Source: Patescibacteria group bacterium
Lineage (GTDB): Bacteria; Patescibacteriota; Minisyncoccia; 2-02-FULL-40-12; GWA2-44-9
Direction of reading: 5' to 3'
Length of the DNA stretch: 62,784 nt
Assembly (NCBI GenBank): GCA_038064455.1
Contig: JBBTTB010000011.1
Location: 1 to 62,784, forward strand
In this document: piece after piece, positions 62,095-62,784 of the stretch
How the letters are laid out: every line of letters begins with the position of its first letter
Numbering within the stretch: the first letter of the stretch is position 1
The notes under the pieces: model-generated
Databases searched by the model: none
Told to the model about the DNA's origin: nothing
What the model saw: the letters and a program-made list of their open reading frames with translations, nothing else
Program-made: the position numbers and the translations under genes

Positions 62095-62517
62095 ATGACG
62101 AACGTAACCAACCAATTCATCGCAAAGTACGCGCCCGCAAAGCGCTTTGAAGACATCCGCGTCGGCTGGACTGTTCGCGTCTCGCAAAAGTTCATCGAGA
62201 AGGGCAAGTCCAAGAGCAGCGCATTCGAAGGCATTGTCATCGCCCGCAAGCATGGCACCGGCCCAGGCGCCACGATCACCGTCCGAAAGGTTTCTAATGG
62301 CATTGGCGTCGAGAAGGTACTCCCTCTCGCCCTCCCGACCATTGAGAAGATCGAGGTTATAAAGAAATCCCGCGTCCGCCGCGCAAAGCTGTACTACCTC
62401 CGCACAAAGACTGCTCGCGAAATTCGCAAGAAGACCCGCGCGCTTTCTGCGGCCATTGCTCCAGAGCCAGTAAAAGATGCACCAGAGCCAGAGACCGAAG
62501 AAGCACCAGTAGAGTAA
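62095..62517 (+). CDS. rplS: 50S ribosomal protein L19
   Basis: FEGIVIAR, TVRKVSNGIGVEK, VRRAKLYYLR. Confidence 0.97.
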   Translation: MTNVTNQFIAKYAPAKRFEDIRVGWTVRVSQKFIEKGKSKSSAFEGIVIARKHGTGPGATITVRKVSNGIGVEKVLPLALPTIEKIEVIKKSRVRRAKLYYLRTKTAREIRKKTRALSAAIAPEPVKDAPEPETEEAPVE

Positions 62518-62620
62518 TCAGCCGGCGCCCGTAAGGGCGCCGTTCTGTTCTCCTCTGGAAAAGGTTTGGGAAATGCGGTATCCTCTCTTCCTGTTAGGAT
62601 GGTAGGTATTTGTTTTTTAG

Positions 62621-62723
62621 ATTATGCGCGGGTGGGCCGAATGCGAGCGGGTGAGCATTCGGCGGGTTCCAAAAGAAACCCTGGTCGGCGCCCGCAACAG
62701 TTTTTTGAATTATGCGCGGGTGG
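62621..62723 (+). repeat. 15-bp direct repeat of the tRNA-Leu 5' end enclosing a small 3-stem structure
   Basis: ATTATGCGCGGGTGG at 62621-62635 and 62709-62723. Confidence 0.7.
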
Positions 62724-62784
62724 CGAAATTGGCAGACGCACTACCTTGAGGTGGTAGCGCCCGCAAGGGCATGGAGGTTCAAGT
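62714..62784 (+). tRNA. tRNA-Leu(GAG), truncated by the window end
   Basis: D-arm nearly identical to the Leu(TAG) gene; anticodon arm CTACC-TT GAG GT-GGTAG; variable arm. Confidence 0.92.

Overview
Chromosomal segment of a small-genome bacterium, most likely Patescibacteria/CPR (Parcubacteria-like). This is inferred from the TrbC/VirB2-like pilin array, GlyQS, compact aminoacyl-tRNA synthetases, tRNA-Ile(UAU) and the near absence of biosynthetic genes. The backbone is housekeeping: dnaE, gyrA, gyrB, recO, rnc, nusB, nusG, secE, ftsH, six aaRSs, gatB, tsaC, tsaD, miaA, ribosomal proteins, smpB/tmRNA and six tRNAs. Two things stand out. (1) A ~1.55 kb element bounded by a 16-bp duplication of the rplT 3' end. 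It carries its own promoter, a ~230-nt structured leader closed by a retron-like inverted repeat, and a retron-family reverse transcriptase with a non-canonical YADN motif and no effector gene. (2) About 16 mostly ORFan genes sit in self-contained cassettes (sigma70 promoter + strong Shine-Dalgarno + terminator, often tandem paralog pairs), scattered among core genes that lack SD sites and look leaderless. Other observations: two unexplained ~290-nt structured intergenic regions, inverted copies of tRNA/tmRNA T-arms, a mitochondrial-type one-chain PheRS, an IleRS with an inserted histidine-phosphatase domain, and a pilin fused to an M15-like peptidase. All calls come from reading motifs by eye; no database searches were run.
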